Source of the DNA: Lachnospiraceae bacterium
GTDB taxonomy: Bacteria > Bacillota > Clostridia > Lachnospirales > Lachnospiraceae
Assembly: GCA_021200995.1 (NCBI GenBank)
Contig: JAJQFS010000063.1
Span: forward strand, 33,972-97,971
Direction of reading: 5' to 3'
Length of the DNA: 64,000 nt
Part shown: one piece after another, positions 9,630 through 19,039 of the stretch
Position numbering within the stretch: the stretch's first letter is position 1
Layout: every line of letters starts with the position of its first letter
Notes under the pieces: model-generated
Told to the model about the DNA's origin: nothing
What the model saw: the letters and a program-made list of their open reading frames with translations, nothing else
Database searches by the model: none
Position numbers and translations under genes: made by a program

Positions 9630-10292
9630 TTAATCTTCCATACTCAGATACGCGACCTTCAGAATCCCCTGCTCATGTCCCAGCTCCTCCACTACGTCCG
9701 CCGGGACCTCATTGTCGCACTCGATGACTGTCACCGCCTGTCCGCCCCGGCCGGTCCGATACAGCTGCAGGGTGGCGATATTGATCTGAAACCCGGCCAG
9801 CACGCAGGCAATCTCCGCGATGAGTCCGGGCTGGTCCTGATTCTGGATGATGAGCGTGGGGTAATCGCCGCTGAAGGTATTGGCCAGGCCGTCCACCTCG
9901 TTGATCTCGATGCGCCCGCCGCCGATGGAGGCTGCCACGACTTCCAGCTTTTTGCCGCTGTAACCGGTTAAAAGAAGCTTGACCGAATTGGGATGCACGT
10001 CGCCTAAGTCAATGTCTCCGAAGTGGTATTTTAGTCCTTTGCCATCCGCGATCTCAAAGCTTAAGGGAATAAGAGGGTCGTCCACATGAAGGCCCATCAG
10101 TCCGGCTAAGAGCGCCTTGTCCGTCCCATGTCCCCTGCCTGTCGCCTGAAAAGAGCCGTGAAATAAGATCTCCGCCTCCGCGACCTCCTCACCCAGAAGT
10201 CTGCGCGCCACGCTGCCGATTTTGGCCGCGCCCGCCGTGTGGGAGCTGGAGGGCCCTACCATCACCGGTCCCACGATATCAAACAGATTCAT
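9630..10292 (-). CDS. sdaAB: L-serine dehydratase, beta subunit (with C-terminal ACT-like domain)
   Basis: Starts MNLFDIVGPVMVGPSSSHTAGA. I trimmed to the second ATG (10292), which has GGAAGGA 6 nt upstream. Confidence 0.92.
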   Translation of the reverse strand: MNLFDIVGPVMVGPSSSHTAGAAKIGSVARRLLGEEVAEAEILFHGSFQATGRGHGTDKALLAGLMGLHVDDPLIPLSFEIADGKGLKYHFGDIDLGDVHPNSVKLLLTGYSGKKLEVVAASIGGGRIEINEVDGLANTFSGDYPTLIIQNQDQPGLIAEIACVLAGFQINIATLQLYRTGRGGQAVTVIECDNEVPADVVEELGHEQGILKVAYLSMED

Positions 10293-10385
10293 AGCGTATC
10301 CTTCCCGAAATTTCATTATTTTACTCAGTGTAACATGATTTTATTTTTCTGTAAAATATCTTTTAAAGATCTGTAAAAATACCTT

Positions 10386-10414
10386 TTGACCATGCAGGAA
10401 GAATCTGCTATGAT
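10386..10414 (+). promoter_or_regulatory. Putative sigma-A promoter for the PatB/MalY-like gene
   Basis: TTGACC (10386-10391), 17-nt spacer, TATGAT (10409-10414), with TG at 10406-10407. Confidence 0.5.
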
Positions 10415-10440
10415 AGGTTTATTCACAGGAGGACATCATC

Positions 10441-11643
10441 ATGAATTACGACTTTACATCTATCATTGACCGTCATGGCCGTGACGCCATCGCGGTAGAC
10501 AAGATTCCAATCCCCGGCGCGACAGTCGACGAGGGCTTTTCCAAAATCCCCATGTGGGTGGCGGATATGAACTTCGCGACAGTGCCCACCATTCAGGAAG
10601 CGATCATAGAGCGGGTAAAGCATCCCGCCTTTGGTTATTATGATACCAGAAGCGAATACTATGACGCCATCATTGACTGGCAGAAGGACCGCCATGGCGT
10701 GGAAGGGCTGACGAAGGAGGACATCGGCTATGAGAACGGCGTGTTAGGCTGCCTGGCGTCCGCACTGCAGGCTTTCACCGCTCCGGGAGAACCGGTTCTG
10801 CTGCATTCCCCGACATATGTCGGTTTTACGGGCACGATAGAGGGCAACGGCCGGAATATGGTTTTAAGCCCGTTAAAGCTCGATGAGAACGGCATTTACC
10901 GCATGGATTACGAGGACATGGACAGACAGATTAAGGAGAATCATATCCACTTCTGTGTCTTCTGTTCCCCGCACAACCCCACCGGCAGAGTCTGGGAGCG
11001 GGAGGAGATTGAGAAAGCGATGGAGGTTTATAAGGCCAACGACTGTGTGGTGGTCTGTGACGAGATCTGGTCCGACCTCATTCTGGAGGGACATAAGCAC
11101 ATTCCCGTTCAGAGTGTGTCCGAGGACGCGAAGCAGCACACCATCGCCATTTACGCGCCGTCCAAAACCTTTAACCTTGCGGGACTGATCGACTCCTACC
11201 ATATTATTTATAATCCTTACCTGCGTGACAGAGTGGTGAAGCAGTCACAGCTGAGTCACTATAACAGCATGAACGTCCTGTCCATGTATGCCCTGATGGG
11301 CGCCTATAGCCCGGAGGGACGGGTGTGGGTGGATGAGCTCTGCCAGGTACTGACGCAGAATGTGAATTATGGCTATGATTATATCAATACTCATTTTGAG
11401 GGCGTGAAGGTTTCGAAACCCCAGGGTACTTATATGCTGTACTTAGACTGCAGCGAGTGGTGCAGGACACATCAGACGGATATTGCCACGTTATTAAAGG
11501 AAGGCGTTCGCGTGGGCGTGATCTGGCAGGACGGCGTGAGGTTTAAAAAGCCGGATACCATCCGCATGAACCTGGCGGTGCCGTTCTCCATGCTGACAGA
11601 CGCGTTTGACAGACTGGACCGCTACGTCTTTAACGCAAAGTGA
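10441..11643 (+). CDS. MalY/PatB-family PLP-dependent C-S lyase (cystathionine beta-lyase type aminotransferase class I/II)
   Basis: 400 aa. N-terminal DRHGRDAIAVDK..., and the PLP-lysine context YAPSKTFNLAGL, typical of this family. Confidence 0.85.
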   Translation: MNYDFTSIIDRHGRDAIAVDKIPIPGATVDEGFSKIPMWVADMNFATVPTIQEAIIERVKHPAFGYYDTRSEYYDAIIDWQKDRHGVEGLTKEDIGYENGVLGCLASALQAFTAPGEPVLLHSPTYVGFTGTIEGNGRNMVLSPLKLDENGIYRMDYEDMDRQIKENHIHFCVFCSPHNPTGRVWEREEIEKAMEVYKANDCVVVCDEIWSDLILEGHKHIPVQSVSEDAKQHTIAIYAPSKTFNLAGLIDSYHIIYNPYLRDRVVKQSQLSHYNSMNVLSMYALMGAYSPEGRVWVDELCQVLTQNVNYGYDYINTHFEGVKVSKPQGTYMLYLDCSEWCRTHQTDIATLLKEGVRVGVIWQDGVRFKKPDTIRMNLAVPFSMLTDAFDRLDRYVFNAK

Positions 11644-11799
11644 TTTGTGCAGAAGTGGAGTGAAGGACGGAAATGGATTATCGGCATTTAAAGTTATGAT
11701 CCTGGTATCCTTGCTTTGATCGTTACAGGATAAGCGTCACTGGAGTTTCATAACTGCAGAAGTATACAGGAACGCCGCAGTTTCAGGAGGAATAAGAGC

Positions 11800-12702
11800 A
11801 TGAAAAGTTTTATCGTGACATCCAGGCTGGACAACGTGCCCTTAAGCGGCGCCATCTTTGAGCCCGAGGGCGAGCCGAAGGCGGTCATTCAGCTGACCCA
11901 CGGCATGTGCGAGCACAAAGAGCGCTATTATGATTTTATGAAATACCTGGCTGCCAACGGCTATGTGGCGGCGATTCACGACCACCGCGGCCACGGCGCG
12001 AGTCTGGTTTATCCGAAGGCCTATGGGTATTTTAATGAGCAGTCCTACGATGTGCTGGCGCAGGATCTTTTTCAGATTTCTCTCTATCTGAAGACAAAGT
12101 ATCCTGATCTGAAGCTGTACCTTTTCGGACACAGCATGGGGACGCTCGCGGCGCGCCAGTATTTAAAACAGCATGATAACGCCATCGACAAGCTGGTGCT
12201 CTCAGGCCCGCCGACCAATTCCCCGGCCATTCCCGTAGCGCTCGCTCTGACCAGCGTGATTCAGAAAAAGGAAGGTCCCCGCGCCAGAGTGGAGTCACTC
12301 AATAACCTGGTGTTCGGCGTTTACAACAAAGGCTATGACGTGCCCAACGCCTGGCTTTCCGCCAATGAGGACAATGTGAAGGCATATAATGAGGACCCGC
12401 TGTGCGGCTTTACCTTTACGGTCAACGGCTTTGATACTTTATTTCATATGCTGCGCGACGTCTTCTCCAAAAAGGGCTGGAATGTGACAAACAAACAGCT
12501 GCCCATCCTGCTTGCCGCGGGCCTGGACGATCCTGTAATCCAGTCCAAGAAGAGTTTCATGGGGCTGAAGAGTTTCCTGGTGGAGCGCGGTTACACAAAG
12601 GTGGAGAGTCAGCTTTACAGCGACATGCACCACGAGATTTTAAATGAGAAGGACAATCAGAAGGTTTACGAGGATCTGCTGGCGTTTTTTGACCGGGCAT
12701 GA
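11800..12702 (+). CDS. Alpha/beta hydrolase (lysophospholipase / monoacylglycerol-lipase-like)
   Basis: HG oxyanion motif (QLTHGMCEH), nucleophile elbow GHSMG, and a C-terminal HHEILNE block with the putative catalytic His. Confidence 0.75.
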   Translation: MKSFIVTSRLDNVPLSGAIFEPEGEPKAVIQLTHGMCEHKERYYDFMKYLAANGYVAAIHDHRGHGASLVYPKAYGYFNEQSYDVLAQDLFQISLYLKTKYPDLKLYLFGHSMGTLAARQYLKQHDNAIDKLVLSGPPTNSPAIPVALALTSVIQKKEGPRARVESLNNLVFGVYNKGYDVPNAWLSANEDNVKAYNEDPLCGFTFTVNGFDTLFHMLRDVFSKKGWNVTNKQLPILLAAGLDDPVIQSKKSFMGLKSFLVERGYTKVESQLYSDMHHEILNEKDNQKVYEDLLAFFDRA

Positions 12703-12823
12703 ACGGGAAAAGTCTGAACGGAAATGCACATATCATAATTGACTTGAAACAGGCAATAAAATCAGTGACTGAAGATAATACTGTAATGGAGACACGTATG
12801 ACATCAAAAAAGGCGGTGAAAGG

Positions 12824-13003
12824 ATGGAAACGGAAGCTATGACATTAGACGAATTGAAACAGGTCACGATTGATTATTATGTGAATTTACAGAGGATCAA
12901 AAAAGCGGACACGGGGAATAATCCGGAGCTGGAGTATCAGTTGAAAGTGTATAGAAATAAACTATCTGCACTTGGAATTCCGGCTGAGGAATATGAGATG
13001 TAA
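12824..13003 (+). CDS. Hypothetical 59-aa helical protein (below the ORF-track cutoff)
   Basis: Translated by hand: METEAMTLDELKQVTIDYYVNLQRIKKADTGNNPELEYQLKVYRNKLSALGIPAEEYEM. A strong terminator follows. The RBS is weak (GGTGA close to the ATG). Confidence 0.3.
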   Translation: METEAMTLDELKQVTIDYYVNLQRIKKADTGNNPELEYQLKVYRNKLSALGIPAEEYEM

Positions 13004-13043
13004 AGGCAATAAAACGGAAGAATAACAGATGATAAAAAGAAAA

Positions 13044-13091
13044 GGTACGGCAAAGACGCCAGAGGGCGTTCTTACCGTGCCTTTTTGTTTT
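13044..13091 (+). terminator. Rho-independent terminator
   Basis: A 17-position stem (13044-13060 / 13065-13081; 15 pairs including 2 G-U) with an AGAG loop, followed by TTTTTGTTTT. Confidence 0.7.
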
Positions 13092-13115
13092 ATGTGGAAA
13101 AGAAAGGAGCGGACT

Positions 13116-15686
13116 ATGGCGGCATTTGAGCGGATTTTAAGCGGACATGAGGGACTGGATACGGTTTTGGACAACATCCGTTTGGGGGACAATGTGGTGT
13201 GGCAGGTGACGCGCCTTGAGGACTTTTCTTATTTCATGGAGCGTTTCGTGAAGCAGGCCATCGCGGACAAACGAAACCTGATTTACATGCGTTTCGCGAA
13301 CCATGCGCCGTTTCTTAAGCCGCAGCCGGGTCTGAAAATTTATGAATTTGATCCGGATAAAGGATTTGAGACCTTCACGGTGGAGATACATAACCGTATT
13401 GCGGAGGAGGGGTATGACGCCTTTTATGTCTTCGACAGCCTTTCGTCCCTGCAGTCGGTATGGTATACCGACCTGATGATGGGCAATTTTTTCAGACTGA
13501 CCTGTCCCTTCCTCTTTGAACTGGATACAGTGGCGTATTTTCCGCTGCTCAGAGGCCGTCATTCCTACAGCGCGGTGGCCAAAATCCGCGACACGACGCA
13601 GCTGCTTTTAGACGTTCACATGGCGGACCAGCTCTATGTGCATCCTTTAAAGGTCTGGAACCGGTATCTGCCCGAAATGTTTTTGCCGCATGTCTGTCCG
13701 GCGGGAACTGACAATTGTGTCACATTAAATGGCGGTGTCCCCATGAGCCGCTATTACCGGGTGATGGAGGAAATCAATTTAAAAAGTCAGGATCAGAACC
13801 TGGACAGTCACGACCGCTTTTTTGCACTGGCGAGACTGGAATACCAGCGGGGTCATTTCAGTGACGAGACCGAGGATCTGATCATCGAGAGTACGATGAC
13901 GAAGGACAAACGGCTGCATGAGCGAATCCGGGAATATTTTGAGCCGAAGGATTATTTTTCACTGCGTGACCGCATGGTGGGCAGCGGCTCCATCGGCGGC
14001 AAGGCCTGCGGGATGCTCTTAGCGCGCCGCATTGTGGAAAAACGGTTGCCAGAGTATGCGGCGTATACGGAGCCGCATGATTCTTATTACATCGGCTCGG
14101 ATGTTTTTTACACCTATATTGTCATGAATAACTGCTGGGATATCCGCCTTAAGCAGCGTACGGAGGAGGGATATTTTACGGAGGCGGAAAACTTAAAAAA
14201 CGCGCTTCTGTCCGGCACTTTCCCGGACGATATCCGCGAGAAATTCCGTTCCATGCTCGAATACTTCGGCGCGTCACCGATCATCGTGCGCTCTTCCAGC
14301 TTTCTGGAGGACGGCTTCAACAACGCCTTCGCGGGAAAATATGAGTCCGTGTTTTGCGTGAACCAGGGCAGTCCTGAGGAGCGCCTTACCGCATTTGAAA
14401 ACGCGGTGCGCAGGGTCTACGCCAGCACCATGGATATCTCCGCGCTGGAATACCGCAGACAGCGTGGGCTGGATGATCAGGATGAGCAGATGGCGGTGCT
14501 GGTGCAGCGCGTCTCGGGCGCGTTCTGGGGAAAGCTCTATTTCCCGGCCGCCGCAGGCGTGGGCTACAGCTACTCAGTCTACCGCACCAGCCGCGATATG
14601 GATCCGTCCGCGGGTCTTTTACGCATCGTCGCGGGACTTGGAACCAGGGCGGTGGACCGGCCGGAGAACGACTATCCGAGACTTTCCAGCCTCGATAAGC
14701 CGGCGGTTTCTCTTTACGGCTCTGTGGCGGATAAGCACCGCTATTCCCAGCGGAATATCGACGTGCTGGACCTTTCGGATAATCAGCTCAAAACCCTGAC
14801 CTTTGATTCTGTCATGAACGATTTGCCTCTGTGGTATAAAAAGGCTGTCATGGAGCGGGATTATGAGGCGGAGGCGGCCTTAGAACGGATGAACCGTTGG
14901 CGCCAGGTATGGTTTGTCAACTGCCAGAAGCTTCTGGACAATGAGAAATTTACATCCTTTATGCAGAAGATGCTGCATGTTCTGGATGAGGTCTATGAAA
15001 ATCCGGTGGACATTGAGTACACGGTCAATATGGACGAAACCGGCGACTTTGTGGTAAATCTTTTACAGTGCCGTTCTCTCTACACCGGCACGCAGGGCGG
15101 CCAGGTAGCGGTTCCTTCACTTCCGGACGAGGATATTTTCTTTTCCTTAAAGGACTCCTCCATGGGCAATGCCAGGGAGGAAAAAATCGGTGCCGTCGTC
15201 CAGATCGACCCCATCGCCTATTATAATTATCCGTACAATAAAAAAACCAAGGTAGCGGAGGCCGTCCGCCAGATCAATCTGTATTACCAGAAAAAAGGTA
15301 TCCATCCCCTGCTGATGACGCCGGGACGGGTCGGCACCTCCTCCCCGGAGCTGGGCGTGCCGGTGACCTTCGCGGCCATCTCCGGCTTTGCCGGTATCTG
15401 TGAAATTTCCGACAGCCGCGCCGGTTACATGCCGGAGTTAAGCTACGGCAGCCATATGTTCCAGGACCTGGTGGAGGCGGATATTTTCTACAGCGCGGTC
15501 TGGAACGACAAGCGCACTTTTGTCTATCGGGAGGATTTTTTCAAAGACCTGCCCAATGTCTTTGCGGCCATCTGTCCGGAGTTTGACTCGCTCTTTGACA
15601 TGTTTACTGTGACGGAGCCGCTGGATCTGTATTACTGGAATGATGTGAAGAGCGGGCGGACGCTTTGCGGGTACAGGAGAATATGA
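13116..15686 (+). CDS. PEP/pyruvate-binding (PPDK_N / ATP-grasp) domain protein with a degenerate KaiC/RecA-like N-terminal domain
   Basis: I trimmed to ATG 13116, which sits after the terminator and the AAAGGAG RBS. Central GSIGGKACGMLLARRI and VRSSSFLEDGF..FAGKYES blocks resemble PEP synthase/PPDK nucleotide-binding domains. The N-terminal ILSGHEGLDTVLDNIRLGDNVVWQV resembles the KaiC fold but has no P-loop. Confidence 0.8.
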   Translation: MAAFERILSGHEGLDTVLDNIRLGDNVVWQVTRLEDFSYFMERFVKQAIADKRNLIYMRFANHAPFLKPQPGLKIYEFDPDKGFETFTVEIHNRIAEEGYDAFYVFDSLSSLQSVWYTDLMMGNFFRLTCPFLFELDTVAYFPLLRGRHSYSAVAKIRDTTQLLLDVHMADQLYVHPLKVWNRYLPEMFLPHVCPAGTDNCVTLNGGVPMSRYYRVMEEINLKSQDQNLDSHDRFFALARLEYQRGHFSDETEDLIIESTMTKDKRLHERIREYFEPKDYFSLRDRMVGSGSIGGKACGMLLARRIVEKRLPEYAAYTEPHDSYYIGSDVFYTYIVMNNCWDIRLKQRTEEGYFTEAENLKNALLSGTFPDDIREKFRSMLEYFGASPIIVRSSSFLEDGFNNAFAGKYESVFCVNQGSPEERLTAFENAVRRVYASTMDISALEYRRQRGLDDQDEQMAVLVQRVSGAFWGKLYFPAAAGVGYSYSVYRTSRDMDPSAGLLRIVAGLGTRAVDRPENDYPRLSSLDKPAVSLYGSVADKHRYSQRNIDVLDLSDNQLKTLTFDSVMNDLPLWYKKAVMERDYEAEAALERMNRWRQVWFVNCQKLLDNEKFTSFMQKMLHVLDEVYENPVDIEYTVNMDETGDFVVNLLQCRSLYTGTQGGQVAVPSLPDEDIFFSLKDSSMGNAREEKIGAVVQIDPIAYYNYPYNKKTKVAEAVRQINLYYQKKGIHPLLMTPGRVGTSSPELGVPVTFAAISGFAGICEISDSRAGYMPELSYGSHMFQDLVEADIFYSAVWNDKRTFVYREDFFKDLPNVFAAICPEFDSLFDMFTVTEPLDLYYWNDVKSGRTLCGYRRI

Positions 15687-15746
15687 GGTTGGAACACTTG
15701 ATACTTGGTGTGATGCTACAATAAAAGTAGACACAAAGAGCTGGAA

Positions 15747-15821
15747 AAAATGTGACTGAAAAAGGAAAAACTCGTTGGCAAAATGTGAACGAGATGATAA
15801 AAGTTCGTTGGCAAAATGTGA
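15747..15821 (+). repeat. Three direct repeats with 33-bp phasing upstream of the DUF4143 ATPase gene
   Basis: AAAATGTGA occurs at 15747, 15780 and 15813. The last two copies extend to an identical 17-mer, TCGTTGGCAAAATGTGA (15772-15788 and 15805-15821). Confidence 0.75.
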
Positions 15822-15829
15822 TTCCCGAC

Positions 15830-15857
15830 TTGAATTTTTTGAACATATGGTTATAAT
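15830..15857 (+). promoter_or_regulatory. Putative sigma-A promoter of the DUF4143 ATPase gene
   Basis: TTGAAT (15830-15835), 16-nt spacer, TATAAT (15852-15857). Confidence 0.4.
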
Positions 15858-15881
15858 AAAAGCAAAAAAGGGGCGTGGCAT

Positions 15882-17195
15882 ATGTATCGGGAGGCAATCA
15901 GATATCTGGAAGAGTGGCAAAGAGATCCTGATCGAAAACCCATGATTCTGCGTGGCGCGAGGCAGGCCGGGAAAACCTGGCTGATGAAGGAATTTGGCCG
16001 TACGCATTATCAAAAGTGCGCGTATGTCAATATGGATGAAAACGAGCGGATGGAGGAAACCTTCGGGGAGGCCCTTGATATTTCCCGTATCATTTCTCTG
16101 CTGGAAATTGAGGTCGGGTTTCAGATTACTCCGGATGATACCCTGATTATATTTGACGAAGTGCAGGAGATCCCGCGCGCTTTAAAATCGCTCAAATATT
16201 TTCAGGAGAATGCGCCGCAGTACCATATCATCGCAGCGGGTTCTCTTCTGGGGATTGCTTTGCACGAAGGAACCTCATTTCCGGTTGGAAAAGTGGATTT
16301 TTGCGACCTGTATCCCATGACATTCCGTGAATTTCTCTTAGCCTGTGACGAGCCGTCTCTGGTAAACGCGCTTGATGACAATAACTTTGAGGTCATGCGG
16401 GTTTTTAAAAATAAATATGTGGATTATCTGAAATATTATTACTTTGTAGGAGGGATGCCGGAGGCCGTTGCAAGCTTTCAGTCATATCGGGACTTGAAAC
16501 GGGTCCGTAGCATTCAGAGAAGGCTTCTGGCTGCTTATGAGGATGATGTTTCCAAACATGCGCCGGGAGAAATCGTGACACGGATCCGGATGTTGTGGAA
16601 TTCTATTCCTACGCAGCTGTCCAGGGAAAACCGCAAGTTTATTTATGGGCTGGTCAGGGAAGGCGCGAGAGCAAGAGAATATGAGGTAGCCATGACGTGG
16701 CTGACAGACCTCGGACTGGTTTATAAGGTGAACCGTGTAAAGAAACCGGATTTTCCACTGCGGGCTTATCAGGATTTTTCGGCGTTCAAGCTTTACACAC
16801 TGGATGTAGGGCTGCTTGGAGCCATGTTGCGTCTGGACGCGAGGGTGATATTGGAGGGCGATCGTCTGCTTGAGGAATTTAAAGGAGCGTTGACAGAACA
16901 GTACGTTCTCCAGCAGCTGATTGTCAATCCTGAAAATGATATCTTTTACTGGACAGCGGATTCCGCAACTGCGGAGGTAGACTTTCTCATTCAGGCACAA
17001 GGGCGGATTGTGTCGATTGAGGTCAAGGCCAGTGAAAATCTTCGCGCCAAGAGTCTGAAGAGCTTTATACAAAAATATCAGCCTCAGACGGCTGTCAGGA
17101 CGTCCATGTCGGATTATCGTGAGCAGGAGAGTTTTGTAAATCTGCCATTATTTTATATTGGAAATCTGAACAGGTATTTGACAGAAAAAGAATGA
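15882..17195 (+). CDS. AAA-ATPase with a C-terminal DUF4143 (PD-(D/E)xK-like) domain
   Basis: Walker A LRGARQAGKTW, Walker B IIFDEVQ, and a C-terminal nuclease-like motif AEVDFLI...IVSIEVKAS. This is the common 'ATP-binding protein' family. Confidence 0.8.
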   Translation: MYREAIRYLEEWQRDPDRKPMILRGARQAGKTWLMKEFGRTHYQKCAYVNMDENERMEETFGEALDISRIISLLEIEVGFQITPDDTLIIFDEVQEIPRALKSLKYFQENAPQYHIIAAGSLLGIALHEGTSFPVGKVDFCDLYPMTFREFLLACDEPSLVNALDDNNFEVMRVFKNKYVDYLKYYYFVGGMPEAVASFQSYRDLKRVRSIQRRLLAAYEDDVSKHAPGEIVTRIRMLWNSIPTQLSRENRKFIYGLVREGARAREYEVAMTWLTDLGLVYKVNRVKKPDFPLRAYQDFSAFKLYTLDVGLLGAMLRLDARVILEGDRLLEEFKGALTEQYVLQQLIVNPENDIFYWTADSATAEVDFLIQAQGRIVSIEVKASENLRAKSLKSFIQKYQPQTAVRTSMSDYREQESFVNLPLFYIGNLNRYLTEKE

Positions 17196-17322
17196 ACTCA
17201 TTTCATCGTTGGAAGAACTTTCTCGAAAAGAATTGTTTTTGAGTGAGAAACCTTTATAATAAAACGCAGGGGTGAAGAAACAGATATAGTCGGAACTATA
17301 AAAGGAAAAGAGGTAGATATTT

Positions 17323-18804
17323 ATGGGAAACACACTGGATTTTCAGGAAGAACAGTATGAGGTGAAGACCTGTACCCTGGGACAGGAGACGATCACCTAC
17401 AGGGCATTTGAGGGACTGGAGTATTGCAAAAAGCCGAAGGCGCCGGTACAGAAGCTGAATCTCTTCGTGCCGGAGGTCTATTATCACGGAGAGACAATCA
17501 ACGGTTATGGACTGCATACAGCGCCGATATTCATGCCGAACACGGTGGGCGGTTATATGGAAGGACCGGCCGCGGTGCCGGGACCGGACCGCGGCGGGGC
17601 GGCCAATTCGGTTTTTAAGGCGTTGCAGCATGGCTATGTGGTGGCCTGCGCGGGGGTGCGCGGCCGCACGACCGGAAAGGTCAGCAAAGAGTTTTTTGAG
17701 GGAAGCTCGTCAGAAGCAAAGGCAGTCGCGGACGGACGGCTGGTTGGCAAGGCTCCCGCGCTGATCGTGGATATGAAGGCCGCGATTCGTTATCTTAAGC
17801 ATAACCGGGAGCATATCCCCGGCGACACGGAGCACATCATCACCAACGGTACCAGCGCGGGCGGCGCTCTGTCCGCCATGACCGGCGCGACCGGCAACAG
17901 TCCGGATTATGAGCCATATTTGCAGGAGATCGGCGCGGCGGATGAGCGGGATGATATTTTCGCGGCCAGCTGCTATTGCCCGATTCACAATCTGGAGAAC
18001 GCGGACGCTGCCTATGAGTGGCTCTTCTGCGGGCAGAATACGTATCACAGCACGAAAGGTATCCGCACAGAAAAGGGAATTCAGCGTGTTCCGGTGACTG
18101 GCACTATGACAGAAAAGCAACAGCAACTGTCCGTGGAATTAAAAGCGCTTTTCCCGCAGTATGTAAACAGTCTTCAGTTAAAGAGCCCTGACGGGGAAAG
18201 TCTGACGCTGAACGCGGACGGCACCGGCAGTTTTGCGGAATATGTAAAAAGCTGTGTTATACAGTCCGCACAGAAGGAGCTGGATACACATGACACGCAG
18301 CTTTACAGATCGCAGGTGATGACGGATGGAAGCCGGATTGAAGACCAGGATTATCTGACGATAGAGAACGGGAAAGTGATTGACCTGGACTGGGCGCGCT
18401 TTGTGGAGAAAATTACCCGCATGAAGACGACGCCCGCCTTTGACGCGCTGGACCTGGGCAGTCCGGAAAATGAGGAATTCGGAACCGAACAGGTGGAGAA
18501 AAAGCACTTTACAGAGTTTTCTCTGGCACACAGCGAAGTCAGCGGCGAGCTGGCGGATGCTGAAATCATTCGTCTCATAAATCCGGTCGAATATACAGGC
18601 AATCCTGATGCGGCAAAGCACTGGCGTATCCGTCATGGCTCCTTTGACCGCGATACATCTCTGGCGATTCCGGTAATCCTTTCTCTGCTGCTTCAGATGA
18701 ACGGCATGGACGTGGATTTCTTCCTGCCGTGGGGAATCCGCCACAGCGGCGATTATGATCTGGAGGAAACCTTTGCCTGGATCGACGGGCTGGTAAAGAG
18801 GTGA
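17323..18804 (+). CDS. tanB: Subtype-B tannase (tannin acyl hydrolase / gallate esterase), no signal peptide
   Basis: Collinear with my memory of Lactobacillus plantarum TanB: [38 protein letters not shown], catalytic [62 protein letters not shown]. Confidence 0.88.
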   Translation: MGNTLDFQEEQYEVKTCTLGQETITYRAFEGLEYCKKPKAPVQKLNLFVPEVYYHGETINGYGLHTAPIFMPNTVGGYMEGPAAVPGPDRGGAANSVFKALQHGYVVACAGVRGRTTGKVSKEFFEGSSSEAKAVADGRLVGKAPALIVDMKAAIRYLKHNREHIPGDTEHIITNGTSAGGALSAMTGATGNSPDYEPYLQEIGAADERDDIFAASCYCPIHNLENADAAYEWLFCGQNTYHSTKGIRTEKGIQRVPVTGTMTEKQQQLSVELKALFPQYVNSLQLKSPDGESLTLNADGTGSFAEYVKSCVIQSAQKELDTHDTQLYRSQVMTDGSRIEDQDYLTIENGKVIDLDWARFVEKITRMKTTPAFDALDLGSPENEEFGTEQVEKKHFTEFSLAHSEVSGELADAEIIRLINPVEYTGNPDAAKHWRIRHGSFDRDTSLAIPVILSLLLQMNGMDVDFFLPWGIRHSGDYDLEETFAWIDGLVKR

Positions 18805-18906
18805 CATCAGAACATAATGGCTGTCTCCTTATAAAGAAATGAAGAAAAGTATACTTGTGAGTAGTATACTCTAAATTCCACAAATTTGAAGATTAGAGTG
18901 CGGAGG

Positions 18907-18936
18907 TTGACAGAACCTGAAGGATTATGGTAGGAT
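18907..18936 (+). promoter_or_regulatory. Putative sigma-A promoter of the nitrogenase-like cluster
   Basis: TTGACA (18907-18912), 18-nt spacer, TAGGAT (18931-18936), with TG at 18928-18929. Confidence 0.4.
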
Positions 18937-19009
18937 GTGGGAGAAGTTAGAACAATATAACTATACAGAATCCGTGTAGCGAACTTGTATAAAGATTTTA
19001 TGAAAGTAG

Positions 19010-19039
19010 CGTAGAGCCAGGAGAAATCCTGGCTCTACG
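19010..19039 (+). promoter_or_regulatory. Perfect 13-bp stem with GAAA loop immediately 5' of the RBS of the first nitrogenase-like gene
   Basis: CGTAGAGCCAGGA (19010-19022), GAAA loop, TCCTGGCTCTACG (19027-19039). AGGAGG follows at 19043-19048. No U-tract follows, so this is not a classical terminator. Confidence 0.6.

Noticed and set aside
15747-15821. A CRISPR-like array, suggested by the regular 33-bp spacing of repeats.
   Set aside because: There are only three copies. The repeat core is 9-17 nt, not 24-40 nt. No cas genes are present, and the repeats sit in a promoter-upstream position.
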